This document shows, piece after piece, positions 6,547 to 15,468 of a stretch of 15,468 bases of DNA; position 1 is the stretch's first letter, and each line of letters begins with the position of its first letter. The position numbers were made by a program, and so were the translations under genes. The DNA is from an uncultured Bdellovibrio sp. (GTDB taxonomy: Bacteria > Bdellovibrionota > Bdellovibrionia > Bdellovibrionales > Bdellovibrionaceae), in the NCBI GenBank assembly GCA_963932905.1, contig CAWVRN010000047.1:1-15468 (forward strand), read 5' to 3'. The notes below the pieces were generated by a model. It made no database searches, was not told the DNA's origin, and saw nothing but the letters and a program-made list of their open reading frames with translations.

Positions 6547-7632
6547 CTATAATGCCCACGATTGATATTCGCATACATTATTTAAACAACGGAATTTGGT
6601 TCTATTGCAAGTTACTTCATATGTGATCGGTGTGGACAAATTTTTTGTGACCAATCCAACTGCGAATTTAGTTTTACCCGAACTCGCATTCCACTTTCGG
6701 AGTGACATAAACAAATTGCCGTCAAAAATAGACTCGGAAATTCTGGACGTTAGCCCGCTAGAAAAGAATCCCGACGACAGCGGAACTAGAGGTGAAATCT
6801 CATCGCTTATGTTGTGAGTTGTTTTAGAGAGCAGGAATTTTCCATGCATCCACAAAAATTGCAACGTCCAAAATCCTAACTCGTTTTTATAAACTGCAAA
6901 TGTATATTTAGGATCGGTTTCGTTCGACGTGCCACAAATAACAGTCTCACTAAAAGTATCAACCTTTTTTACAATGCCTTCTAATACATACTTGAATTGA
7001 GTTCCAGCAAAACCATGTCCAACAGCTAGTCTCACTCGATCGGAATTTGTCTCGCCCTGATTTCGAAGTAGTTCATAAAGACCCTCATGGACTAGCAAAG
7101 CAGCCTTGCTTACATTATCAAAAGCATCCCAAATTTCTTTTACGACTTGAACTTCTAAACTTGTATCATAGTAAATGGCAACCTGTTCAATCTCGCAATG
7201 GCTTGGGCGAACGATTGGATTTGAATCATCTATTGGGTTAAGGCCCGCATCAGGGATCAGATTCATCCCCCTAATCACCTGATATATTGCCGTCTTTAAT
7301 CGACCCATGTGAAAAGTTGGAAGTATACCAAAATGATGTAACTTGATATTTGAAATTGGAGTTAGGTCGAATCCAAGGCCGCCAATTTCAATTCGCCCAG
7401 CTACTTCATAGGCAAGATCTTCGTAGGTTTTTGACTGATCATTGGATAGCAGCTTAAGTTTATAAATCTTCTCGGCTTCAAACAAATCGAGCATAACCGC
7501 AGATTTGATATTTTTATTTGAATCGCGACAAACCACAGCTTGTCCCCCTCCCCTGTCCTGACCAGTGGCAAAGGCAAATAAAGGCAATTGCTGAAGGACA
7601 ACCGCTATAAGAATAATTTTTTTCATAATCAT
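6547..7632 (-). CDS. Secreted hypothetical protein of a type common in Bdellovibrionota
   Basis: Signal peptide (MKKIILIAVVL...AFA), then GQDRGGG, VVCRD, LDLFEA, a HEGLY motif and several Cys. ATGA overlap with the upstream regulator; the start could also be the in-frame ATG two codons later. Confidence 0.75.
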   Translation of the reverse strand: MIMKKIILIAVVLQQLPLFAFATGQDRGGGQAVVCRDSNKNIKSAVMLDLFEAEKIYKLKLLSNDQSKTYEDLAYEVAGRIEIGGLGFDLTPISNIKLHHFGILPTFHMGRLKTAIYQVIRGMNLIPDAGLNPIDDSNPIVRPSHCEIEQVAIYYDTSLEVQVVKEIWDAFDNVSKAALLVHEGLYELLRNQGETNSDRVRLAVGHGFAGTQFKYVLEGIVKKVDTFSETVICGTSNETDPKYTFAVYKNELGFWTLQFLWMHGKFLLSKTTHNISDEISPLVPLSSGFFSSGLTSRISESIFDGNLFMSLRKWNASSGKTKFAVGLVTKNLSTPITYEVTCNRTKFRCLNNVCEYQSWAL

Positions 7633-8366
7633 TTTCCTTTTTTCAATGGAAATAAAGAGACCTGTAATTGATAAACTTCGTCAAAATTTTCCTGATCAAC
7701 CTGTAGCAATGCTGACAATTTATGCCTAAAATCTTTAATAACTTTTTTTGCTTTAGGAAGATCACTTTTTCTAATGGCCATTGTCGTCGAAGTGTGGTCG
7801 CGATCAGCTCGGTCGACTATTTCCAAAGCTTCAATAGATTTTTCTAAAATTGATTTTTGGTATTTCCGCATCGCCGCCGAGGTCTTCTCGTGACTAGAAA
7901 GATTAGTAGAATTCGCATGAACTATTTCATATCCATCTTTATTTTTCTTAAGAAGTTTAAGTCGCAGTAGAGTTTCAACCGCGATTGAAGCCTGCGGTTC
8001 GCTAATTCCCAAAAACCGGCCAATATTGGATGGATTAAAGTCGAACGACTTAACTTTTGATAGTTCTAGAATCGCATCAAAATACCATTCTGATATTCGG
8101 TTAAAAACATCTTCTTCAATAAGCTCATGACGAGGCAGTTTAAAATTATTTTCTTTACTAAAATTATCAGGAAACAATCCTAGCTTTAAGGACAATGAAC
8201 TTATTGCCTTATTAGTTATAGCACGCTTGCCTGACAATAAGCCGGAAAGAGTGCTGTGATGAATTCCTAAAAATTTAGCATAACCACGCAAAGAATAATT
8301 AGGATTTTTAGATCCTCTTCGTAAAAACTCTTGCTGAAGTATATTTCTAAAGCTTTCTGCATTCAC
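7629..8366 (-). CDS. TIGR02147-family protein (N-terminal HTH plus DUF4423), probable transcriptional regulator
   Basis: NPNYSLRGYAKFLGI..STLSGLLSGKR (XRE-like HTH), WYFDAILEL, C-terminal EVYQLQVSLFPL; GTG start. Confidence 0.85.
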   Translation of the reverse strand: MNAESFRNILQQEFLRRGSKNPNYSLRGYAKFLGIHHSTLSGLLSGKRAITNKAISSLSLKLGLFPDNFSKENNFKLPRHELIEEDVFNRISEWYFDAILELSKVKSFDFNPSNIGRFLGISEPQASIAVETLLRLKLLKKNKDGYEIVHANSTNLSSHEKTSAAMRKYQKSILEKSIEALEIVDRADRDHTSTTMAIRKSDLPKAKKVIKDFRHKLSALLQVDQENFDEVYQLQVSLFPLKKGK

Positions 8367-8409
8367 AAATCTAGAGATAGATCTTTGTGTAATTCAAATC
8401 AATCTTTTT

Positions 8410-8439
8410 TGCACCAAAGTGGTGCAGAAAATTGCACCA
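8410..8439. promoter_or_regulatory. Palindromic operator-like site TGCACCA-AAG-TGGTGCA plus an extra TGCACCA half-site
   Basis: Perfect 7-3-7 inverted repeat at 8410-8426 and a half-site at 8433-8439, about 45 bp upstream of the TIGR02147 start. Confidence 0.5.
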
Positions 8440-8610
8440 GTCCCTTTCTAAGCGGATCGCATAAAGGTCAATATGAAATAGGCGTGCAAAGTCTCCGGAT
8501 TAACTTTTCAACGTTTTTTATTGGGGGCAGTCAAATTTAGGCACTTTTTACGTCTAATTTTAATCTGATTTAAAACGTATACGCTATATGCTGGCAGCCA
8601 ATTCTTGGGT

Positions 8611-10980
8611 CTACATAGAAATTATAGTGGGTACTAATTTGTTAACTGTTGATCGATCGCCAAGCTTGGAATCAGCGTTATCACCCCAACATTTGTATAT
8701 TCCAGATTTAGTTTGAGCGCACGTATAGCCGGCACCACTCACAACATCTAAATACGTTTCGGTCGGGTCAACATGGTATAGGGAATTGACCTCGTTATTA
8801 TTAGTACCATTCCCAATATTTCCCGCGTCGTTGTCGCCCCAACAATAAAGATGATCAGACTCTGAAATCGCGCAAGCGTGAGTCACTGAAACAGAAACGT
8901 GTTTGAACTTTGTGCCGGGTTTAACCAGCTCGGGCACCTGAGCCGGACTTGAAGATCTATTATTAATATAACTTCGTCCCCAACATTTTAAATCGGCATC
9001 AGTTGTAATAGCACAACCGAATCCCCCCAAGGAAACAGACTTGTATTTAATTCCGACATCAATTTGTTTGGGTGTCGGAATATTACTTAGTGTACCATCT
9101 CCCAGTTGGTAGTCATCGTTGCGTCCCCAACATTTTAAATCTCCGCTAACTGTGATACCGCAATTAGAATCGTCGGCAGACACGACACTCGCATACAATT
9201 CACTGGAATCGATGCTTACGGGCGAAAATGATTCATCCGTTTCCCCATTGCCAAGATTATAATCGTTATTTTTCCCCCAACATTTCAATAAGCCCGAATC
9301 AGTTATCGCGCAGGCATGATTATTTCCTGCCGATAGATCTTTAAATTCTAAACCCACTTCGACTTGACTTGGATAATTTAGCTGATCTGAATGCCCCAAG
9401 CCCAACTCTCCATTAGAGTTACCACCCCAGCAATAAATTTTACTTTCCTTTGTAAGACCACATTGGAAAAAAGTTCCGTAAGAAAACTTAACAAAGTTCC
9501 ATGGATTCGAAATTTCAAATGGAGTGTTGTAATAATCAACAAGCCCTAAACCGCGAGAGAAAAGACTTCCGTTCCAGCATTTTAAACTGCCCGTAGTAGT
9601 GATCCCGCAATATACGTGTCCTAAATTCACCGATTGATAACTTGCCCCAGAATCGATAGTTACCGGGGTTGCTCGCGTGACCGTTGTACCGTCACCTACT
9701 GAACCACCATAGTTGTGTCCCCAACACTTTAAAACACCTGTCGTTGTAACACCACAGCTGTTATATTCTGATTGATGGATGGATTGGTATTGTACTCCAG
9801 AATCAATTATTGCCGGGGAAGTCGTGTTTGTCAGAGATGCATTTCCCACCAAACTCCAAAGCGGTCCACCCCAACATTTTAGGATACTGTTCGTCGTTAT
9901 TCCGCAAGTTGCCGTGCTAGATTTTACTACTCGAATATAGCTCACTGCCGAATCTACTACGACGGGCGATAACCTTACCGTTGTCGTCCCATCACCCAAT
10001 TGTCCATACTGATTTTGGCCCCAGCATTTAAGCATACCTGTTGTGGTAATGGCGCAAGCAGAATTAGTGGACAAACTCACAGTTGAATAAGTTGTACCTG
10101 AGTCAACAACGACAGGAGATGATCTATCCGTAGTACTACCGTCCCCCACAATCCCGTTATAATTGACACCCCAACATTTTAATATTCCCGTCGAAGTAAT
10201 ACCGCACGCAGAAGCTCCTCCAAGTGCTATTTTTTGATAATTTGCCCCGGCATCAATAATGGTCGGGCTCACTTTATCTAGTGAGGTTCCATCTCCAACA
10301 AGCCCATTATTATTTTCTCCCCAGCATTTTAGTTTCGCCGAAGTAGTAATACCACAAACCGTGTATCCAGAAATTTTAAGCTCGGAATACGTTTCGGACG
10401 TATCAATCGCAGTCGGTGTAGAACGTAACGTTGTAGAGCCATCACCAATCTGCCCACTTCCGTTGTAACCCCAACATTTTATTTTTCCTGATGTGGTTAT
10501 TCCGCAGGTAAAATAGTGCGAGGCCTCGATTTTTGAGTAACTTTCATTACTATCCACGGCCACTGGACCGTTTTGAGCCGTACTATTTGAAAAACCCAAT
10601 TGCCCATATTGATTACTTCCCCAACAATATAATCGATTTAAATTGGAAATAGCACACGTATGATTTAGCCCCGAGGAAACAGATAGGAACGTGGTTCCTT
10701 CAGAAACGACACGAGGTATTTCTTGGACTGAGGCATCTAAAAAATTATTGAAATCGATTGATCGCGGCCCCCAACACTTCATACGTCCATTTGTCAAATA
10801 AGCACATGTCGACGAATCGCCCTCAAATGGATTTGCAAACAAACGAGCTCTTTCAGTCGCTAGGTCTTGTTGAGGCCCAACTACTTCAGGACTTTTATTA
10901 TCTTCCGTAGAAAAACTTGAAGAACACGATACAAGAATAAAGTAGCCAAAAAATAACAGGAAAATACTGACTAGTTTCAT
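8611..10980 (-). CDS. RCC1/BLIP-II-repeat beta-propeller lipoprotein (about 789 aa)
   Basis: About 15 repeats of roughly 50 aa (C-[GA]-I-T..G.LKCWG.N..G.[LV]G.G). ATG10980 gives a lipoprotein signal MKLVSIFLLFFGYFILVS-C, so it is preferred over TTG11007. Confidence 0.9.
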   Translation of the reverse strand: MKLVSIFLLFFGYFILVSCSSSFSTEDNKSPEVVGPQQDLATERARLFANPFEGDSSTCAYLTNGRMKCWGPRSIDFNNFLDASVQEIPRVVSEGTTFLSVSSGLNHTCAISNLNRLYCWGSNQYGQLGFSNSTAQNGPVAVDSNESYSKIEASHYFTCGITTSGKIKCWGYNGSGQIGDGSTTLRSTPTAIDTSETYSELKISGYTVCGITTSAKLKCWGENNNGLVGDGTSLDKVSPTIIDAGANYQKIALGGASACGITSTGILKCWGVNYNGIVGDGSTTDRSSPVVVDSGTTYSTVSLSTNSACAITTTGMLKCWGQNQYGQLGDGTTTVRLSPVVVDSAVSYIRVVKSSTATCGITTNSILKCWGGPLWSLVGNASLTNTTSPAIIDSGVQYQSIHQSEYNSCGVTTTGVLKCWGHNYGGSVGDGTTVTRATPVTIDSGASYQSVNLGHVYCGITTTGSLKCWNGSLFSRGLGLVDYYNTPFEISNPWNFVKFSYGTFFQCGLTKESKIYCWGGNSNGELGLGHSDQLNYPSQVEVGLEFKDLSAGNNHACAITDSGLLKCWGKNNDYNLGNGETDESFSPVSIDSSELYASVVSADDSNCGITVSGDLKCWGRNDDYQLGDGTLSNIPTPKQIDVGIKYKSVSLGGFGCAITTDADLKCWGRSYINNRSSSPAQVPELVKPGTKFKHVSVSVTHACAISESDHLYCWGDNDAGNIGNGTNNNEVNSLYHVDPTETYLDVVSGAGYTCAQTKSGIYKCWGDNADSKLGDRSTVNKLVPTIISM

Positions 10981-10987
10981 AGTCAAA

Positions 10988-11014
10988 CTATCGACATTTG
11001 AGGGCAAATCTTTA
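10988..11014 (-). promoter_or_regulatory. Putative sigma28 (FliA) promoter of the RCC1 lipoprotein gene
   Basis: TAAA (11014-11011), 15-nt spacer, GTCGATAG (10995-10988), versus consensus TAAA-N15-GCCGATAA. Confidence 0.55.
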
Positions 11015-11204
11015 GTTGGCCCATGGAGGCCTATAAATTTATGTGTCGAAATGGCACGAGCGGATAGTTCTTTAGAAAATCTTTAGTAAAGAGAGACCGC
11101 CAGCGGAGGGTACAATTCAAATCGATTCGATATAAGACTAATACTGTCTCAAATAGATATTCTATTTTTAAAACCATCTATTCATATTAAAATGAATATC
11201 TAGC

Positions 11205-11232
11205 TCAACTACGTTTTTACTTTTGCCGATTC
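11205..11232 (+). promoter_or_regulatory. Putative sigma28 (FliA) promoter of the DUF1592/DUF1552 operon
   Basis: TCAA (11205-11208), 16-nt spacer, GCCGATTC (11225-11232); followed by a G-rich SD and ATG11254. Confidence 0.5.
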
Positions 11233-11253
11233 ACGTTACGAGGGGGATATTGC

Positions 11254-13203
11254 ATGCAAAGACGAATGATACTAGATAAGTCTTTGCTTATCGTCGTTAG
11301 CATTTTTTGCATCATTTTATTTCAAAACTGCGGGCAAAATTTCAAAATCCTCGAAGACGGACAGGCCGGTTTGAGTTCTAGTCAGCCAGAATCAGATATC
11401 TTATTCGCTGAAAAAAATATTTACGCCAATAAATGTGCAACTTGCCACGGCTCATTCGCAATATCGAATTTAAAAAATCGTATCATCACGAAAGAAAAAA
11501 TAACGAATGCAACTAATTCTATTACGGCTATGCGATTTTTAAAAGGAGCTCTTTCCGAAGATCAGCTGGCCGCGATAGAACGCCTCTTTGCTCAACCGCC
11601 TACGTCGTCTCCGTTGATTTCATCTTTTGAATGCACTTCGCCGGAAGAAGAAAAAAATAGCTCCATTGATTTAATTAGATTATCTGGAAAAGAATTAATT
11701 AATACCTATAAAACCCTTATTCCTTCCACTATTTGGAGCAACCTAAGCCCGTATACCTATCTGCTACCCACCGACAGCTTTAGTAACAAAATCTCAACGG
11801 CACTGTCTTCCTACAGTCAGTCACAAATCACAAGGGTTTCTGAATTTAATGACAAGCTCTCCAGCGAAATCACCTCAACCACTAGTAAAATCGCTGCTTT
11901 TTTCGGTTCGTGCGCCTCCACGACAAGTTTCACAAAATCCTGCTTCGATAGTTTCATGAATGCAAAGGCAAGTCGCATCTACCGATCGGCGCTTGCAACC
12001 GATGAGCTTTCTACCACGTGGGATGCGATATCTACGTTATCACCCGTCAACGATCAATTAAAAACATTAATACAAATTCTATTTAATGATCCTCGCTTCC
12101 TATATCATCTGGAAATCGGTGACGGTTCACCGACTACAAACGGTCTTTACCCGCTTTCCTCATACGAAATTGCCAATCGAATTTCATACGGAATGCTTGA
12201 GTCCCCACCCGATGATGCTCTCTGGAATGATGCCGTTGCCGGTCGCCTTAAATCGTTGCCAACCATTTCCGCACATGTGGATAGAATGGCCAATTCACAA
12301 TCGTTCCAAGCACGTATCATACAATTTATGAAATTTTATATTGGAAAATCACCCACTAATCCTCCAGCTAGTGCTGAATTTTTAAATGGCTTGAACACCA
12401 GTACTCTAGGCGCTGATCTTGAAACCGAGTTTGAAGACTTTATTAGGTACATCGTTTTTACGAAAAAAGGAAATTTATCTGAACTATTTACCTCGCCGGC
12501 AGCTTTTCCCAAAACGTCGGCCGTCGCATCTATATTTGGCACCTCGACTACATCTTCAAGCACACCGGTAGAAGCGCCCAACCATTCTGGAATTATAACT
12601 CGTCCATTCTTTGTGCTGGCAACGTCACCCAACGTAAAATCCGTTCAGCGTGGACGAGCTATCCGCATGAATATGCTGTGCACGGATATCCCTCAACCAT
12701 CCGCAGAAGACTTAGCGGCACGCCCTACGTTGACTGAAAGTGACCTACTGTCCTTAAGCAGTCGTCATTATATCGACAAGGCTACATTGGCAGCTCCTAG
12801 CTGTATCGTATGTCATTCCAAAATGAATCAGCTGGGATTCACCTTGGGTCACTATGATTCCGTAGGTCGCTTCATGACAGTCGAAGGTATCTACAATTCC
12901 AGCGGTACCAAGGTCGCTAACCACGTAATTGATTCTACGACCAAGCCGATGATCACCGAAATCGACAATAGTCAATTTGCGGGGGCTATGGATTTTCAAA
13001 ATTCCCTCTACCGTTCTGATGTCCTTCAACAATGTATGACAACAAAAGCATTTGAGTTCTTTTCTCGCCAAGTCGCGAACGTAAGCATGGATTCGTGTCG
13101 TTTAAATAAAATGGACAATGCCATTAAAAGCGGAAAATCACTTTTTGATTTCTTTAATGAAAACTTTAAGCAGCCAAGTATTCTCTACCGAAGGGGTAAC
13201 TAG
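11254..13203 (+). CDS. DUF1595/DUF1592/DUF1588/DUF1585-type lipoprotein with c-type heme motifs
   Basis: Lipoprotein signal ending LFQNC; CxxCH motifs CATCH (11434-11448) and CIVCH (12802-12816); family motifs PRFLYHLE, LSSYEIANRISY..ESPPDDAL, VQRG..IR..MLC, LGFTLGHYDSVGRF. Confidence 0.85.
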   Translation: MQRRMILDKSLLIVVSIFCIILFQNCGQNFKILEDGQAGLSSSQPESDILFAEKNIYANKCATCHGSFAISNLKNRIITKEKITNATNSITAMRFLKGALSEDQLAAIERLFAQPPTSSPLISSFECTSPEEEKNSSIDLIRLSGKELINTYKTLIPSTIWSNLSPYTYLLPTDSFSNKISTALSSYSQSQITRVSEFNDKLSSEITSTTSKIAAFFGSCASTTSFTKSCFDSFMNAKASRIYRSALATDELSTTWDAISTLSPVNDQLKTLIQILFNDPRFLYHLEIGDGSPTTNGLYPLSSYEIANRISYGMLESPPDDALWNDAVAGRLKSLPTISAHVDRMANSQSFQARIIQFMKFYIGKSPTNPPASAEFLNGLNTSTLGADLETEFEDFIRYIVFTKKGNLSELFTSPAAFPKTSAVASIFGTSTTSSSTPVEAPNHSGIITRPFFVLATSPNVKSVQRGRAIRMNMLCTDIPQPSAEDLAARPTLTESDLLSLSSRHYIDKATLAAPSCIVCHSKMNQLGFTLGHYDSVGRFMTVEGIYNSSGTKVANHVIDSTTKPMITEIDNSQFAGAMDFQNSLYRSDVLQQCMTTKAFEFFSRQVANVSMDSCRLNKMDNAIKSGKSLFDFFNENFKQPSILYRRGN

Positions 13204-13204
13204 T

Positions 13205-14692
13205 ATGAATCAAAACAGAAGAAATTTTATCAAATCGGGTTCATTACTGTTTACGATTCCGTTTGTTGAAGCCCTGCCGAGTCTAGGCTTTGCCGCCAGT
13301 GCCAGTGGATCTCTAAAACGAGTTCTATTTTTTAACTTGAGCCAGTCCTGGGCACAAGATCAGATTTTCCCTACAGCTACTAACTATTCCGTAGGTCCCG
13401 AAGGAGTCCGCTACATTCCGTTAAACTCGTTTAGCGGCGACATATCAAAACTTTTTACCGCCTCTAAGTACGCTGGCATTAAAAGCAAAATGAATATTAT
13501 GAGAGGCTTCGACTGCGTAAAAACAGACATTCTAGGTGGCGGTGGACACAACAAAGGCCTGGCTATGAGCGCGTGTTTTGAAAATGCGTCGAATATGCAG
13601 TTGAAAACAATTGATCACGTTATTGCCGAATCGCCAGGGTTTTACCCAACAACTCCCCATCGAAAAGTATTTAGCGCCATCGCTGCGAAAGGGAATTTTT
13701 CCTGGAGGTACAGTAATTCATTTAACCTCACCAAGCCTATCGCTGATTTGATCGGCGCCGGTGCGTGCTACACCAATGCAGAAGGAACGAAGGAAATATT
13801 TTCAGATCTTTTTTCAACCCCGCTACCTAGCGGTAGCACCGCCCCGGTCGATTCCAATCTATCGCGACGTATAGCCTTGAACAATGCGCTTAGCAAATTA
13901 AACCTTTTATCAAAAAATACAAAAATTTCAAAACATGGACAGCAGACATTCACTCAACACGCTGATTTTATCAATCAAATTTTACCCTCGATTGCGCCCC
14001 CATCTGGCTCGTCGTCAGGACTTTCAGGCACCTGCTTAAAACCCACACTAGACACAGCTATCAACGATTCCGAACTATCGACATCCAACAATGGCAAACG
14101 CTTGCGGGCATGTTTAGACATGATTTACATGGCTTTTAATTGTCAGCTGACGAATGTCGTTTCCTTTTTTCCAATGATCGCAGCCGACAACGAAAATGCA
14201 GCGATGGGAGACGACGTCGGCATCTATCACGAAAATGTCGGGCATAAATATAATCCGGAATATTACCTCGCCCATAAAGGATTTTTATTTGATAACTTGA
14301 TGTACTTAGTGAACTTGATGGACTCCACAAAAGAGAGCAACGGTTTATCCATGTTAGATAATAGTTTAATTGTCGTAGTTTCCGATGATGGCTGTGCCAC
14401 TCATAGCTATCGTGATCTTGGCGCCATTACATTTGGTTCTTTAGGCGGTACGATCAAAACGGGAAATTTTATTAACTTTCAGCGAACCGATGCTCCGCTT
14501 ATTGATGGTGGGTCTGATAACGGCCGCTATTTTTATAATTTAGGCCGTCCTTATAATTCTCTGTTCACTACTATCCTGAATGCTTTGAAAATTTCAAATT
14601 CAGGTTTCGGTATATACCCCACATCATCGACTAATTATGCGCCTTTCATAACGGCCTCCGCGAAGGCAGCGAGTCTACCGATTTTGAGTTAG
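13205..14692 (+). CDS. DUF1552-family protein with Tat signal (about 495 aa)
   Basis: ATG13205, 1 nt after the upstream stop, gives MNQNRRNFIK (twin-arginine) plus IPFVEAL. Motifs TIDHVIA, AFNCQLTNV, E.NG.SMLDNSLI, HS, FGSLGG.IKTG. Usual partner of DUF1592 genes. Confidence 0.85.
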   Translation: MNQNRRNFIKSGSLLFTIPFVEALPSLGFAASASGSLKRVLFFNLSQSWAQDQIFPTATNYSVGPEGVRYIPLNSFSGDISKLFTASKYAGIKSKMNIMRGFDCVKTDILGGGGHNKGLAMSACFENASNMQLKTIDHVIAESPGFYPTTPHRKVFSAIAAKGNFSWRYSNSFNLTKPIADLIGAGACYTNAEGTKEIFSDLFSTPLPSGSTAPVDSNLSRRIALNNALSKLNLLSKNTKISKHGQQTFTQHADFINQILPSIAPPSGSSSGLSGTCLKPTLDTAINDSELSTSNNGKRLRACLDMIYMAFNCQLTNVVSFFPMIAADNENAAMGDDVGIYHENVGHKYNPEYYLAHKGFLFDNLMYLVNLMDSTKESNGLSMLDNSLIVVVSDDGCATHSYRDLGAITFGSLGGTIKTGNFINFQRTDAPLIDGGSDNGRYFYNLGRPYNSLFTTILNALKISNSGFGIYPTSSTNYAPFITASAKAASLPILS

Positions 14693-14699
14693 AAATAAT

Positions 14700-15446
14700 T
14701 TGGCAACTGAGCACCCACCCACAGAATTCCCAGCCATCCTTTTTCAGGATGAGGATATTTTGGTCTTGCATAAACCGGCGAGCTGGTTTGTGTATCCTCC
14801 CGATTATAAGTTTAAAGGTCGCACGCCGATGCTGCCTACTGTGACGAAGTGGCTTCTTCAGAAGCATGATTTACGAGCCTTTCCAGCTCACCGTTTGGAT
14901 GCCGCCACCGAAGGTGTGATGATATTTGGCCTGACGAAGGAGGCCACGGCCACTATCAATCATCAGTTTAAAACTCGACAGGTAAAAAAAACATATTACG
15001 CCGCCATTCGCGGCTGGATGCCCGAAGCCAACGGGTTGATTGAAAAATCTTTGCCGATAGCTTCAACCGGCGAGATCGCTGATTCAATCACACAGTATCG
15101 AACATTGTCCCAAATTGAATTGCCTTATAAAATAAATAGCCCACACCCAACCAGTCGCTATGCTTGGCTTGAAGTTTCCCCGCACACGGGACGATGGCAT
15201 CAGATTCGTCGCCATTTTGATATGTGCGCCCATCCATTGGTGGGAGACCGCGAGCATGGAGACTCCCACCACAATCGATTTTTTCGCGATCAACTGGGAA
15301 TTAACGGACTTTGCTTATTTGCGGCAGAGCTACGATTGGTTCACCCGACGTCAAAGAAGGATTTGGTATTAACGGGAGTAAAGACGGAGCGGTTTAAAAA
15401 ACTGGAAGAGCTTTTTTTAAGAACTGGCCCCTTAGTGTGCAGCTAA
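14700..15446 (+). CDS. truC: RluA-family pseudouridine synthase, TruC-like (tRNA pseudouridine 65)
   Basis: HKP, HRLD (catalytic Asp), KTYYA, SRY...PHTGRWHQIRRH...HPLVGD.HGD..NR; no S4 domain; TTG start. Confidence 0.8.
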   Translation: MATEHPPTEFPAILFQDEDILVLHKPASWFVYPPDYKFKGRTPMLPTVTKWLLQKHDLRAFPAHRLDAATEGVMIFGLTKEATATINHQFKTRQVKKTYYAAIRGWMPEANGLIEKSLPIASTGEIADSITQYRTLSQIELPYKINSPHPTSRYAWLEVSPHTGRWHQIRRHFDMCAHPLVGDREHGDSHHNRFFRDQLGINGLCLFAAELRLVHPTSKKDLVLTGVKTERFKKLEELFLRTGPLVCS

Positions 15447-15468
15447 GGGGAGATTTAATTTCTTTAAA

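Noticed and set aside
6354..6578. 74-aa - strand ORF (MYANINRG...)
   Set aside because: Overlaps the end of the upstream gene, has no recognisable SD or domain, and runs through a hairpin. It cannot be excluded but is unsupported.
11052..11068. TGGCACG as a sigma54 -24 element
   Set aside because: There is no TTGC at the -12 position (it reads GATA).
13118..13204. Longer N-terminus for the DUF1552 gene
   Set aside because: It overlaps the upstream gene by 86 nt, and ATG13205 places the Tat RR motif correctly at the N-terminus.
898..15372. Short alternative-frame or antisense ORFs in the track (898-1155, 1230-1427, 3727-3945, 4172-4354, 5128-5445, 6596-6817, 7047-7241, 7401-7601, 8331-8540, 10259-10468, 12086-12331, 12336-12632, 12754-13071, 13768-13953, 14136-14330, 14646-14867, 15084-15293, 15160-15372)
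   Set aside because: They overlap well-supported genes or a regulatory region and show no protein motifs; treated as shadow ORFs.

Overview
Bacterial chromosomal window, probably from a Bdellovibrionota genome (inferred from a TIGR02147 gene, an FQNC lipoprotein, a long RCC1-repeat lipoprotein and sigma28-type promoters). Gene order: OmpR-family response regulator (probably cut by the window edge) and sensor histidine kinase (+); YbdK/GCS2-family carboxylate-amine ligase (-); a winged-helix-like protein with two DUF5985-like membrane proteins (+); two unannotated paralogous single-TM small ORFs (-); a DUF1504-type putative Na+/H+ antiporter (-); a secreted hypothetical protein and a TIGR02147/DUF4423 regulator (-); an RCC1-repeat lipoprotein (-); a DUF1592/DUF1588 heme-motif lipoprotein, a Tat-exported DUF1552 protein and a TruC-like pseudouridine synthase (+). 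The main signal is an identical 12-mer, GGTAGGGTCGCC (- strand), found four times within about 3.1 kb. Each copy lies in a hairpin 17-23 nt upstream of a start codon (ybdK-like gene, both small ORFs, antiporter). Three copies are preceded by TGGG-[hairpin]-GT. The stems differ in sequence but keep their pairing. This looks like a multi-copy riboswitch-like regulon, similar from memory to the nhaA-I (Li+-I) cation riboswitch class, controlling an antiporter, two unannotated membrane micropeptides and a ligase.
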